The notes under the pieces: generated by a model
Databases searched by the model: none
Told to the model about the DNA's origin: nothing
The model's input: the letters and a program-made list of their open reading frames with translations, nothing else
In this document: in pieces, positions 26,420 through 63,410 of the stretch
How the letters are laid out: the number at the start of each line of letters is the position of its first letter
How positions within the stretch are numbered: position 1 is the stretch's first letter
Origin: Amoebidium appalachense
Lineage: Eukaryota; Protista; Ichthyosporea
Reading direction: 5' to 3'
Assembly: GCA_963693365.1 (NCBI GenBank)
Contig: CAVNZM010000001.1
Location: forward strand, 16,611,840-16,675,839
Length of the DNA stretch: 64,000 nt
Made by a program: the position numbers and the translations under genes

Positions 26420-26852
26420 TTGTTGGTTGGTTGGGGGGGGGGGGGGGGGGGGGGATTACGGCATTCGGGTATTGTTGAAGACTCCACGGGCCTCGATGTG
26501 GTCTCTCATCTTCACCTCATGGTCCTGCACGTGCATTTATCATTCCTTGGCCACTTCACCTTCTACTTTTTTTCATCGATCGGCATTCAACGTTCGATCG
26601 TTCAATTATCCCTGAACTTTATTTCACTGCACCCTTGCAATAATATTCAAAAACAGGAATTGCAAAAACACATATCCTAACTTTTTGCTCCCACCTCCCC
26701 TCCCTTTCCCCTCCCCCCCCCCCCCCCCCCCCCTTGCACCGCACACACATACCATCATCACCACCACTGCCAACCACCTCCATAGACCCTTCCCGTTTCC
26801 CCCCAATCCGTAACTGCCAGCCCAGCGCTCAAGCCACGTACCCCTTTCCCCC

Positions 26853-26936
<84 letters not shown>

Positions 26937-28008
26937 GCCGCCGAGGCTCTCCCCCTTCTCCCTCCACACACGCACACACCACAAAAAAAAAAATGAAAGC
27001 AAGAACGAAGGAAAAAAGAAAATGAGGTCCAAATCCCAACGGTACTCTCAGTGGCACTCCACCATCACTGCCAACCCAGTTTGGCCTGTCCCCCACTTCT
27101 CAAATATTTTATTCTCGTTCGATAGATACACGTGAATGCCCGTCGTGCCTGCCACCGCCCTTCTTTTCCCCCTTGAAACATCCCGTCTTTGCACTTTCAA
27201 TCCTAACACTTAGCGCAGCGGGGGGTGGGGAGGTGGGGGGTGGGGGTGGGGAGGGGGGGGGGGGGGGAAGGGGGAGGGACCGAAGGGGGAGAGGGGGGGG
27301 GGGGGGGGGGGGAGGGGGGAGGGGGGGGGGGAAGTGGGGGATATTCTTTTTTACCTTGACGGTGGTCGAGTCAGCCTCCACCGAGACCAGCAGGTCACCC
27401 CCCCTGCTCTCCAGGTGTATGTGCTCCGTGGTTGTGGTGGTGATGTTTCTGTCCGTGACCTCATCCTCAACGTCTATGTCTAGTTCCCGGCCGTGGGCAA
27501 ACGCTGACACGTGGTGGCTGTGTGTGGGCCCCTGTTCGGCACGGAGTGGGTGGCCTGATAACTTCAACCCCTGCGCCAGAGAAACATTGAACAACCGTTA
27601 CGGTAGATGATGGTGACTGGATACTTAAAGCAGGAGTCTACAAATGAGTTTTTTTCTCTGGGATTCTAAACCATGGTTTCGAGAGATGGGCTCATGGTCA
27701 TGGTCATAACATGCACCCAAGTAGTTCAAGCGTACGGAAAAACACCAGAAGCTTTCGCGACGATGAAAAAAGGTAAGCATCAGGTAGTGCTCTAGCAAAA
27801 GCCGGTAATCTGGAGGAAGGACACGGGTTGGCTGAAGAGGGGGGAGGGGGAGGCGGGGGGGAGGGGGGGGGGGGGGGGGGGGGGGACACCTTACCAGCAG
27901 GTCTGGTGTGGCACAGAGGGCACCTGCACCCTTGAGCAGACCCGTTGAGTTGGACCGCAGTTGGCCATCAGTGGTGCTACCACCCAGAAAGGGAAGGAGG
28001 TTCTTCAT
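19414..28008 (-). CDS. Alpha/beta hydrolase fold protein, 12 exons, with an N-terminal extension
   Basis: Phase-compatible GT-AG exons give MKNLLPFL...[20 protein letters not shown]...YDNRGVGKS...[15 protein letters not shown] (GxSxG serine)...MTGDRD (Asp)...[18 protein letters not shown] (His)...NPLM*. The model needs one fewer G in the run at 22676-22683. Confidence 0.9.
24669..25127 (-). mobile_element. Poly(C)-tailed interspersed element, subfamily 1, 459-bp 5'-truncated copy in a hydrolase intron
   Basis: Nearly identical to 55510-55970; poly(G) on both sides on the plus strand. Confidence 0.9.
25601..25848. mobile_element. Hairpin MITE-like element in a hydrolase intron
   Basis: About 50-bp imperfect TIRs: TTAAACCAACCACTGCTTCTCCCATCTTAGCGTCTGGGCTGCAAGCCA versus TGGCTTGCCGCCTAGACGCTAAAATGGGAGAAGTGGTGGTTGGTTTAA. 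Confidence 0.75.
26350..26417. repeat. (GTT)n trinucleotide microsatellite
   Basis: Directly visible; intronic. Confidence 0.95.
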
Positions 28009-29944
28009 GTTGAATGCAACACTCAATACACCCTGTAGAGGTTTAACTGTTTTACTTCTTTTGCTTATTGGTGGAGATAAGGAGGAGCTACAAGCTTCGG
28101 TGGCATAGCGGAGGGTGGGGTCGGTGGAAGGGCAAGTAAAAAAGGGAGGAAAAGGTCTGAGTCTAAGCGAGCCAAGCAACCGCTTCGGTGTTTGATGCGA
28201 GATCTTAGGCCGAACAATAATCACACGGCAAGCACCCTCACAAACTTGTAAACGCGCACACTACGCCCACACGTATGCAAGCACATACAAACGCACACGC
28301 ACAGCTCACATAAACAGCTACAAAGGTTAAAAGAGATCACCACCTCATTGACCAATGCGCACGATGACCTTCCTAATGCTTAAATGCTTAGAAGATAGGT
28401 GTGTTCCTCGCACCGAAAATAAGGTACACATAGTTTCATTGCAAAATCTGGGCAAATCCGTGACTGGCGTCTCACCTTAACTCGTATATAGCGCTACACA
28501 CACCACGGACCCTGCAAGCTCCTGCAAACTTCAAGAGAGAGGAAAATGTGCCAAATGCTGCACCTCTATCCGGTTTTGCTGTATGTATCAGCCTGAACGG
28601 TGCTCACTTTGTTCGTTTGTTGCGTCCCTCTGAGAATCAAAAGCTAAAGGGCGAAAACGTGGTTCCTGTGACTGAAAACAGGCAAAAAAGGAACAACGAG
28701 AATAACGTGGGTTTGGCGAAACAAGGCTGAACAGTTGATGTGACAGTGACAGTGACACATAAAACCGTGACGTAGGAAAGCACTGGCTCGGTGCGCTAGC
28801 CATTACTGATTGGCTACAACGTACACTAAACGAACTAAGCCAATCAAAAATGAAGAAAAGGGTAAAGGCTTTTTTGTCTCAAATTGTTTGCTTTTTTGAT
28901 GCGATGAATGTAGCAATAATGTGGTGATTAAAGTACTTATTTTCGTTACATTATAGCCAATATCTACAGTAGTAGGACTATAACTTATAGTTTTACATGT
29001 TTGATAATATTAAAAGCTTTTGGAAAAGAATTAACAAAAATATTCTTCGCACGTCCCACGCATTGGTGTGGAATCCGTGGCGTACAGGAAAAGCATCTGC
29101 CGCTTTTAACCAAAAATGGAGTTGAGCTTTTGGAACCTGATGATTGGTTTCTCGATCATGAGTGCTTTTTATATAAAGCCTACCACCTGGGTTGCTGACT
29201 CCAGTCGAGCTTTGGTTTGCAGCAGCTGTCGATGCGAAATAGCGATACCTGCTTGACAGGAGCTAAATGACAGGTGAAAGCTGTGAAACTAGTACTGATG
29301 TGTATGTCAGAAATTTGACAACCGCGTCTCTGTACATCACCATTAGACAGTTACAGTGGTGCTTTGCTTCTAGAGAGCCGTATGTGTCTGTCCAACATGT
29401 GTGTTGTGTCCACATGTGCACATGGTCACGTGCACGTGTTTAACATCAAAGTGGGTGGAATCGGGTGCAACGTGCACGTGCAACATGGTGTGGACAGTGC
29501 ACCGAAGTCTAACACGGTCCTGGCCCCTGGCCCTCTAGTACTAGTACGCCGAGTAGGGCGTCTTTACCTCCAGCCTAAACGCTCCAATTGTATGTACAAC
29601 CGCAGGATTCATATGCATCACGAATATGGTCCGTGCCACACCGTAGCCACACGTGCCTCGGTCGCCCGCACCGTGCATGCATATGCATGCACATGTCATC
29701 CAAACGAGTGCATTGGCATCGCTGTCATTATCTCTGTCCTATCTTACACGCCACTGAGTTGTGCAAGTTCCATGCGCAACGTATGGCAGATGCGTGCGTG
29801 GGGCCTGTGTGTGACAACATGTGCACGCTTGGGCCCTGTTGATCGCCCCAGCATTTGTTTTTTGAACCCTACAAGGAGTGCTCCGAGTGTTTATGGGGCT
29901 GTCATCTTGAGCGGCGCAGCTCAACCGGGCACGGCTGCGGAGGG

Positions 29945-29951
29945 TATAAAA
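29945..29951 (+). promoter_or_regulatory. TATA box of the secreted repeat-protein gene
   Basis: TATAAAA 150 nt upstream of the ATG at 30095, followed by a pyrimidine-rich leader and an AAAAATGG start context. Confidence 0.6.
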
Positions 29952-30094
29952 GCCACCACCCGCTCATTCTTCCATCAAGCCGCCAACGAGCTTTCCTATA
30001 CTCCCCTTCCATCCTCAGCTGCCTTCCCCACCTTCAATCCAGACCTCGCCTCTACCTTTCTGTCCTCAGTTTCCTTTTTTCTCGACCACAAAAA

Positions 30095-31984
30095 ATGGCA
30101 CCATCTCTCACTCTGATCGTTGCTGTGTTCGCCGCCATCAGCTCTCCGTCGCTCGTTTTGGCGGGAGATGACCACCACCACCACCACGGGCACAAGCACG
30201 ATGTGGGTCACTCGTGGGGCTCCGGCTTGTACAACGTCATGAGCCGTGTGGGCCAGTATGTGCCTCATGGGTGGGGGCATGGCCACAAGGGCAAGGGCAA
30301 GAAGGAGGAGGTTGTGGTGGTGCAGCCCGTGGCGCCTGTAGCCGTGCCTGCAGTGACCCAGTTTGTGACCGTCCAGGCTCCCCCCGTCGTGCAGAAGGTC
30401 TACGAAACCGGTGAGCCCCCTTCCTTCACACCCCCTCATCTCCTCCCACCCTCCTCCCCTCCCACACACACACTCACACACACCCACACTGTGACACTTG
30501 TATACACACACACCTACTCCCCTCCCCCCTGTCCTTCCGCGGCCCTCGTGCCCCCCCCCCCCCCCCCCCCCTCGCCCCCCCTCCCCCCTGCGCACCCCCG
30601 GAGTCCCCCCCGGAGACCCTCCGGCCTACCGCCATTCTTCTTCTCCTTCCACGTTCGTTTCATCCTGACTTCTGATACATGGATGGTTATGATGCTGGTG
30701 TTTTTTTCTTCTTATTCTAGAATTTCTTGCCTTTCTTCAAGACTCTTCCTTCTACAGCACTCAAGGAGTCTTTTTTTTTTATTATGTCTTTTGCTGGGGA
30801 GGGGGGGAGGGAGGGGGGGGGGGGGGGGGGGCAACACACAAGATGGCCACTAGTTGCTTGGCTCATTTGGATTGGCCAAAGAAAATCTGCATGCGCCTCG
30901 AGGCCTATTGTGGCTATATGCCTACAAAGCATATTGCTCACATCAACCTTCTTGCCCCTCTCCAGCTTACGTCACTGAGTATGCTACCGTTACTGCTGCC
31001 CCCCAGATGTTCACCAACTTCGTCACCCGTAAGCATTCCTCCCCCCCACACACACACACCCACCCACCCACCCACCCACCCACCCATCCCCCGCCCTCCT
31101 TCTCCCCCCCCCCCCCCCCCCTCCCCCGGCCTCCTCCCCCCCCCCCCCCCCCCCACCACGCAAACACGCTCACACACTCACATACCCTCCCCCTCCCCCT
31201 CCCCCCTCCCCCCTCCCCCCTCTGCTCCTCTGCTAGGCTTTCCCACACATACTCAGTTTGAAATATCCACTTGCCAAATACCTTCCTTTCGCCAAGTCAG
31301 CATTTTAATAGACTTGTCTCTCCCAATGAAAATTTTTACCCGGTCCCCTTTCTTCCAGGAAGGCTTACCACCTGGGGATTTACCCTCCCCCCCTCCCCCC
31401 CCCCCCCCCCCCCCTTTCTGCAGAGACCACGTTTGTGACGCAGACACAGACGGCCAAGCCCAAGATCAAGACCGAGACTGTGCCTCTGACCGTCACCACC
31501 ACACTGGCCCCCTACACCATCGCTAACGTCCTCACCGGTAACTGCCCTCCTCCCCCACCTCCCCCCTTCCACTCCTCCCCCCCGTCCCTGTTCCACGTCA
31601 GAGGCTCACAAGTCTCAGGTCACAAGCACTATCCCCGATCAATAGTTGCAGTAGCACAGCTGTCCACATTAATGTATCCCTTTCTGCCTTTTTTTTATGT
31701 GCCTTCCTTCCTGGCTTCCTCCCTAATCTTTATACGACGCACATACACTAATTAGCCTTATCAGCCCTTGTCGTCACACATCTAATGGTTACTGACATGC
31801 ACGCACACGCTACGAATCTACACCCCCACAGAGACGCAAACCATCCAGGTGACACAGACGGCCAAGCCCGAGACCATCTTCCAGACGCTCACCGAGTGGC
31901 AGCAGATTGCTGTGCCCGTGACCGTCACAAAGAAGCCAGAGGTCGTCCAGCAGACCCAGTTTGGTATTGAGCACCCCCCCCCCC

Positions 31985-32025
<41 letters not shown>

Positions 32026-33518
32026 ACCCTCCCTCCCGGGGCCAAAAAAAAAAAAAAAAAAAAAAAACCATTTTAAAGGAACATCAACCACCTCCCCCTC
32101 TATCCCCTTCGCCCCCTCCTCCACTCCCAACTTCAACCACCATCCCCCCCCCCCCCCCCCTCCCCCCCCCCCCCCCCCCTCCCCCCCCCCCCCCTCCCCC
32201 CCCCCCCCCCCCCCGTGTTCGTTTAAGCTTTAAATTTTCCCCAATTCCCGCTTCCACTGGCCTACCTATTCCCCCCCTCCCCCCCCCCCTCTTCCCTCCT
32301 CTTCCCGTGCTTCTTGCATCACCTAGCTATATTGAACCTCACCACGAAATCCCGCATATCATTTGAAACTAATATTTTAACCCACCAATCAGTCGAGGAG
32401 ATTCAGGTGATGACGGTTACTGCCAAGCCCGAGACGTTCACCAACACCATCATGACCACTCAGACCGAGATCCCCATGACCATTCAGAACGTCCAGACTT
32501 GTACGTCATTCAACCCTCTCCGGCCCTCCCCCCTCCTCCCCCCCCCCCCCCCCTCCCCCCCCCATCATCACCGCCACCGCCACCCCATTCTCCCGGATAC
32601 CCCCCCCCCCACCACCACCACCACCCACCCACCCACCCTCCCTCCTTAGCCCTCCCCCCACCCCCCCCTCCACCCAACCATGCATGAGACCTAGATGGAC
32701 AGATCAATCCCATACCGATACTCCCTCCCCGGGGCCCCCTCCCCCCCACAAAATAATAATAATAATAACTTAGTAAATAATAATAGTAATATTGCTGAAC
32801 AAAACCAAATGGTTAAAACAAGAAACAAATTCCAACCCTCCCCGCCAGCACCTCCGCCAGACACCATCACTCGCTCACCTCCCCCCCCTCCAGACACGCA
32901 GGCTGTTGCGCAGACCATTGAGGCGCAGCCCGAGACTGTGATGGTGACTGAAACCCAAACGGCTAAGCAGCAGGTCTTCTCCGTCCCTGTCACTCAGACG
33001 AGTATGCGCCTTTGACCCCCCCCCCCCCCCCCCCCCTCCCCCTCCCCCCTCCCCCTATAAAGCCCGCCGCACCCCTCTCCCCTTGCCCCCCTTCTACCCC
33101 CGCCGCATGAACCCCCCCACCCCCCCCATCCGACCTCTCCCTGCCTCCTCCCCCCTGTTCCTGGGTAACCGAGTACCTGCCGTTTTAAACTCCCCACCTC
33201 CGGCCCTTGATCTGTCATCCTCCCAAACATGTATGCCTGTCCCCGAGTCGTAGCCACCGTGAAGCAGAACACTGTGTGTGACACACACACACATAGCACT
33301 CCGCATAAAGGGAACCCACTGAAATTCGATCGGTCTCGAGGAAGCTCTCATTCACGCACGGCAAGCGTTGCCACCTGGCTGCATCAGAAACTAATCAATC
33401 AAATCACGCAGTTGCATCGGTGGTTACCAACGTGCTTCCGGCTGAGACTGTGGTTATTGCCGTCGAGCAGCCCAAGAAAAACCCCAAGAAGGACTGCTAC
33501 GGCAAGAAGGGCTATTAG
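30095..33518 (+). CDS. Secreted His-rich, Thr/Val/Gln-rich repeat protein (315 aa, 7 exons), probably cell wall/surface
   Basis: Exons 30095-30410, 30966-31028, 31424-31537, 31832-31963, 32393-32500, 32894-33001 and 33412-33518 join in frame via GT-AG (948 nt). Signal peptide MAPSLTLIVAVFAAISSPSLVLA, then DDHHHHHGHKH, repeated TQTAKPET-like units, ending KKGY*. Confidence 0.9.
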
Positions 33519-34148
33519 ACGCATATGATTGGTTTAAGGTTTAATGTAGAGGTGTGATTGGGTCGTTGGGTTTGTTGTGATTTTTCTCTGGCTTCTTCAA
33601 GGCTGTGTATGAATTTGTGTGTCTATTGTGTGATCAATTGTGTGTGTGTGCATGAATTTCTGTGTATACTTAGTTGTGTACTAGATGTATGTTGAGTCCC
33701 CAGGGGGGATTTGTTCGTAAAAATAAAAGGTGGGAGGTGTCAAATTCCTGCCTGAGCATCCTCCCACGAGGAATCCCCCCCCCCACACTTCCTGTTTTGG
33801 GTCACAGTCCTTTCGATATGGCCATTTGCTTTCGAGTCTTTCCCTTTCTCTCCAATGAGTCCAATGCCCTACGTCTACATCCTCGCTTCACCGCCCATAT
33901 ACTCCATTCTCATTATGTTGCTTGTTTTTTGATTTGCCCCCCTCCCCCCCCCCCCCCCCCCCCCTTTCCCCCCTCCTCCCCCCCCCCCGCCCACCACCAC
34001 CACCACCGGTACCACTACCCCCCCCCCCCCCCCCCTAAAAAAAAAAACAAAAACAAAAAAAAAAAAAAAAAACGAAATTTCTCACATGCGCGCATACGCT
34101 CGCGCGCGGCACACGCACACATGCAAGCCCGTTTCATGTCAATCGAGT

Positions 34149-34187
<39 letters not shown>

Positions 34188-34319
34188 CCCCAACCCCAAC
34201 CCTCGTCGAGAAGAAGACCTTTCGAAAACCACACACGAACACACGTGCATCAGTTTGAAGTTTCCCCTCCTCTCCCCCAACGTACAAACCACACACCCAC
34301 ATACACACACACACACACA

Positions 34320-34374
<55 letters not shown>

Positions 34375-34650
34375 AAGGAAAGCACACACCACGAACAGGC
34401 ACAAACATCACACATACGTACGCACACACATGTGCGCATGCGCATGTGCGCACGTGTCCACGCGGGCACAACATATACGAGCAAACGTACATGCACACAT
34501 ACCACGACACGTGCATGCGCGCATGCACGCACGCACACGGCAAGCGCGCGGGCACCTTCCGATGCACTATGTGGTTGGGGTGGGGACAAAGCGCATATGC
34601 ACGTTAGGAAATGAAAGGCAGTGCCGGCAAAACTCGCGTATATGAAGAAC

Positions 34651-34693
<43 letters not shown>

Positions 34694-35671
34694 CCCCAGT
34701 AACACCAGGTTGCCCATCGTGCACACACACGTGCACCCTTGCCGATCATCCATGTGGGCCTGTTCATATAGTGTAATCTTGTTGGTGTGTGTAAATCAAA
34801 ATTTCGGACTCTGAATTTCTTCACCCTTAAGGATTTATTTGTACGCATGCAAATAAAATTACAACATACACGTCATATAGTAGGTCTGCTTATTGTTAAT
34901 ACTATATTAGTAAACTTTGAATACTGCCACATTATGACCACAACAATTTGGTCCTAATATCATATAAGAATATATTAAACACCAGCCTACTTTAACACTA
35001 ATAAATCGTATTACTATCAATAGTTCAGTTGACTATCAGATAACACACTTCCAAAGGGAGAGACCGTGACACTATCATACCATCATATATATAATAATTC
35101 TAACCAAAACCTACACATGGCATGGTTAATCCATGCACACACCGTGAAACAGAAACTGCTAACGATTCATCAAATCTGCCCTTATGATTACCTCTTTACC
35201 TTAAATCAATTCATAGGTACATGCAACGGTACTATAAGTGGGTGAGCTACTCTTTCTCTCTCAAAAGACTTCACTACATGTTGCCAATATGGTGTACTTT
35301 TCTATGAAGCAAATCACTGCAGAAAAATTCAACACCACTTCCCCCTACACTGCTACAGGTCTTAGTCTTTTGCCAATTGCATTCTTCAGCTGAAGCAACG
35401 GGGGAAAACGGCCGAAGAAAAACAAAAACAAAAAAGGAGAAAAGTGGACATCCACTATATTGCAGTAACGTTAACATTGACACGTGTAGCCTAAGATTTT
35501 TCAATCACAAACGAAAATGAAAAACTTTGACAGGCCAAAAAACACAAACACAGAAGAAACTTCTAAGGCAGTGAATGAAAAGGAAACAATAACTCTAGTT
35601 CCAGTGTTGGTAGGAGGTGGGGGAGGGGGGTGGGGGAAGAGGGGGGTTCTTAGCAAAGAACCCATGCGGGG

Positions 35672-46454
<10,783 letters not shown>

Positions 46455-49108
46455 CTAGGGAGCAAGAAACAGAAGTAGAGGGGTAAGTACGGAGCATACA
46501 GAGGTGGGGTTGGGAGGGTGGTGGTGGTACGGGTAGTTTTGTTTGTAAATGGATTATGGAGTTTCAGCCAGGAATTACCGTGTAGCCTTTAGCAAAATCG
46601 TGGATGAGTGAGCACCTAAGCAGGTTTCAGCGGATACGGGAAACTGAAACGACCATCAAGAGTTAGAAGGAGAAGAGGGAGTTTGTAGTTGGGCCACGTT
46701 CTATGGAAGAGGGCGGCAAGATCATGGGCATGGTGTGACTACTTTGCGTGGATGCACATGCATGTGTTTATGTGAATGTGGACTGTGTGCAGCTCATCCG
46801 TGCATGCAGATGTGATGCCATTGTCGCCTGGCTGTATGTGCCTATTTATGTCTGTGTTTTGATGTATGTGTGAATGTGTCCGGTTTTTGTATGTACGTGT
46901 CTGTGTACGTCCGAATGTGGGCAAACGTTTTTATGTACATGGATGCCCCATGTGTGTCGCCTGTGCCAGTGGAAGTGGAATTGCCTGCCAGTGTTCCCTG
47001 CCACTACCAGAACACTTGTGCTTGCGCATGTTTCTCTAGCCGATATTTCGTATGTGCATGCAACTAGGTACGCTCGTAATACACCACGAGATTCGCAGCT
47101 TGTTTAGTGTGCGCGGCCAAGTGTCCGGAAAGCATGTGATGATTATAGCTCCCTGAACTCGTGTGCTGATGTCCATGAGATTCCAATGGGAAAAGCAGGG
47201 TGGTGCAATTAACGATTGCCAGAAAACTGGTGCTAAGAGAAGTGAAAAAGGTTGTGTAACAGTGCTGCCAGCGGGCCAAACAAAATTCAGGGGAATTGTA
47301 CAAGTACCTACCCTAAGTGCACCTTCAGTGTGGTGCACAGATCAGTACCCTGCCGCAATCTCTGTTCTGCGCTTTCTCAAGGTGCTTGAAGACGGTTATG
47401 GCTGCTGTTGAGTTGACGCTGTACAAGAAACAGAAGGTGTCGCAAAACTATGCCTGTATTGTTTACAAAGTCAGAAGTATTTAAGAAGTTCATTCACGGG
47501 CAGGACAAGCTAGTATCACTCTAAGAAAGTGTTGGCACCCTGCGGCACTTTCGTACACACACAGCTTGCCCGCTTTGCCGTGAAAGTTTATGTGAATGTG
47601 TCACGACTCACGAGTCAGAGTTGACCAACTTGACAGGAATCTACATTAACCCACTTCCGGCCACACCGACAAAATGACATGTAGCCAATAGCAGAGCAGT
47701 AATTACCACATTTCACATTCCAAAATGATTTTGCGGGTTTGTTAATCCAATCAGAGAGCAGAAAGAAAGAAGAGCAAGACAAATTTTGGTCGGGATACTT
47801 GATTGGCTAATTTTTGGTTTTATTGCAAAGAATGTGTTGAATCGGCGTCGTGCTGCGAACGAACAGACGAAAAAACTTGGCACCGAGGTCGCTTTTTGTA
47901 GGCAAATTTCACAGGAACCGCCAAACAAAAATTAACGGCGTGGTTAGTAATCATCAGACCACAACCCATATATTACAAAACAGAATTAATTTATGCATCT
48001 GTTATCAGGCACCAAAATGTTGAAGTCCGAGTCCAGATCCGGGCACGTCCAAAGTCACAAAACCACTAGAAGCGTGCATAAGCAAGCCACCTAACACTAT
48101 ATTTGTGTGTGGTTAACAGGGTGCGGTTTTCGGTATGCACTCGCAAAGTGTACAGGTAGGGTGCCCCTTGCTTGCATACATGCATAGGTTGAGGTTCACA
48201 CAGTCTCTAATAAGGCAGAGTTGTGCTCGGCATTGCCTTAACCTTATGGATCAGGGAATGCATTTGTTGTGTTGTACAAAACCATCCTATATGTATTAAA
48301 AGGAAAAAACAAGATCATCTTGCGGCGTTTGGGCTGCAGCAGTACTGTCCTTACATTCTGCTACACTGTCTATCTGTACTGTGCTACATAGTAATGTTCT
48401 GGATCTAGGGACTTCGTAAGAAGCTTCTCAAGAACAAAGTTTCTTTAGGTGTGTTGGTCTGGTTTGGGAGCTCTTACATACATGCCCCGGTAGGAAGCAA
48501 GTGAAATCACGGTCATTACACTAATACATTCCGGACCGGTTCAACTTGGCATTGGCCATCTGAAAAGCAGAAGACAAGAACGTGCTTGCAGAAGACTCCT
48601 GAGGAAGTAACAGAAGCTTGGATACACCCGTGCTTTTGTACATCTTTCTTCCCTGCTTGTTGTTCTGGCTGCAGTATACACCCCTGTCGCTTGTTGTCAG
48701 GGTTTTCCACGCCACCCGACTTCTGTAGGCCAGCTTAGAACGACCTGCCATTCCTGGACACACACACAGAGCAGAACAGGTTAGAAAATCAGGATAGTGA
48801 AAAGGGTGTGGCTACGAGTTTCCGAGGGAATTCCAGGGATATCGGTTCGTAGTGCCCAGATCAATCAATGGTATCGAAACGAAACGAAGGGACCACAAAG
48901 GAAGTAAAAGTGTAGAGCAGAGTAGGAAGAGCGAATATGATACGCTCCGCATCCCCACAAACCCAACTACAGAACTGGGCCTATACCACTGAAATGCGTG
49001 GTGCTTTTCATGCTACCTTCGTACAATCGAATAATAAATGAAGGAAAAATAACTTTTGTATCCCACGTGCTTTTAGGCACTTCAGTGTGACTGGCTTAAC
49101 TTGCCATT

Positions 49109-49143
<35 letters not shown>

Positions 49144-49210
49144 CCCCCTTCTTTCTGGAGAGACGAGCCGAGCCATTTTGAAAAGACAAAAGGTAATCAG
49201 GCAGTGATCA

Positions 49211-61780
<12,570 letters not shown>

Positions 61781-61903
61781 TCTGCTGGTGTGTGTGAGCC
61801 TATGTGCACGCCTTGTGCAAAAACAAAAAGGTGCAAACTCCTCACTCGTACTCTGTGTCGTGGGTGTGTTTGTGTGTGCCTGTGCACGAAGGTGTGTGAG
61901 AAT

Positions 61904-62100
<197 letters not shown>

Positions 62101-62954
62101 TGCTTGCACACGTGCACGTGAGGACACGCAAGTGCATAGAACTGTGTGTGTTTGTGTTTGTGTGTGTGGCTATGTGTGTATATATGTGCAGTTGTATGTA
62201 CATTCACGGATGATGGTGTGTGAACATGTGCGTGTATGTCTGTGCAAGCGTGTGGATATTTGTATGGTCCGGGGAAGAAGTCTGCGTGTCAGTATGCATG
62301 CCACCTGCACATAAGAAGTTACAGTGCTGTCAAAAGTGGGGAGAGAAAGAACGGGGTAGGGTGATATTCGGGATTTGGTCAGTTCTGGGGCCAGCCTTCT
62401 GGGTTCTTAAACAGGCAAGCATTTAGGTTTTTTTTTTTTTTTTTTAAGGGGTTTCAAAAGGGGGGGGGGGGGGGATTAGGACGAAAGAGGGTGGCAGAAG
62501 GCGCGAGGAGTGAGGGGAAGAGGAAGTAAGGGTAAGGGAGGGAGGGGAGAGAGCAGGCAGGATGAGGTTACAGAGAGCAAACACACGGGTGAGTAGGAAG
62601 GAAAACAAAATGACGCCTGTGTTTAGGCCAGAGGAAATAAAACAGGGCAACAGGCATGGGACAGTGAGCCAGAGTATTCAAATGATCCCGCCAGGAGAGA
62701 GAGACGGAGGCAGTGGGGGGGAGGATTCAGGGGGGAGGGGCGGAAGAGGGCGGGAGGGGGGCGGGGAGGGGGCGGGAAGGGGGAGGTGGGAGGGGGAAGG
62801 GGGAAGGAGGAGGGGGGGGGGGGGGGGGGGGGGGGGGTAAATGGATGTGGGTGTGTGGGGGGGGGGGGGGGGGGAGGGGGGGTTAGAGTGCACAGGACAA
62901 GGCTGGTTTCTTATCCTGTTGACCAAGCGGGCAACACACCCCGTATATCTGAGT

Positions 62955-63410
62955 CTTGTAGAACAAAAATATGGAAGAGAAGGGTCTGTCCAAGCCGGGG
63001 GTGCAATGAGAGATTGTAAGATGCGCACATGTCTACGTGATCATTGAATAGATAGGTAAACTTGGAAAAATGTTCGATTTTGTCTGCCATGGTTCCTGCC
63101 AGCACCGACAAAGTTTCGAGTTCTGTCGCTAGCAGTGTGTGTGTCTACAAGAGCTACAGTACATACGGCGTTCGAGCACCTCTCTTGCTGACATAGCATG
63201 ACATGTAGAAAGAAAATAGTGCTATGTACGGCATATGCATAGTCGAATGATATTCGGATGCAAGTGTCATATTTTTTCCAGGGCTGCAGCACACCATGCA
63301 GTATCCGGTATAGCGGATGGGTCGCTGATCTTGGCCAAGGAGGAGGCCGACTATGAGGGCAACAAGACACCCATCGAGTGGCTACCCTGCGTGCAGAGCT
63401 CCGCATACAC
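62955..63410 (+). pseudogene. Exon-like coding relic, possibly a second CxC/KDZ-type transposase fragment
   Basis: KIWKRRVCPSRGCNERL* and, after ttttccag, AVSGIADGSLILAKEEADYEGNKTP, which echoes PDYEGGARP near 6090. Weak. Confidence 0.22.

Noticed and set aside
27040-27205. Extra exon in the hydrolase (…[19 protein letters not shown])
   Set aside because: It is out of phase with its neighbours and contains stops; the flanking exons join directly.
30411-33411. Non-canonical introns or introner elements
   Set aside because: All junctions used in the gene models are GT-AG, and the introns share no sequence with each other beyond simple repeats.
48521-48763. ORF as the last exon of the SMP-PH gene
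   Set aside because: The preceding donor is phase 2 and this frame needs phase 1. A nearer acceptor gives a stop at 49211. Unresolved without cDNA.
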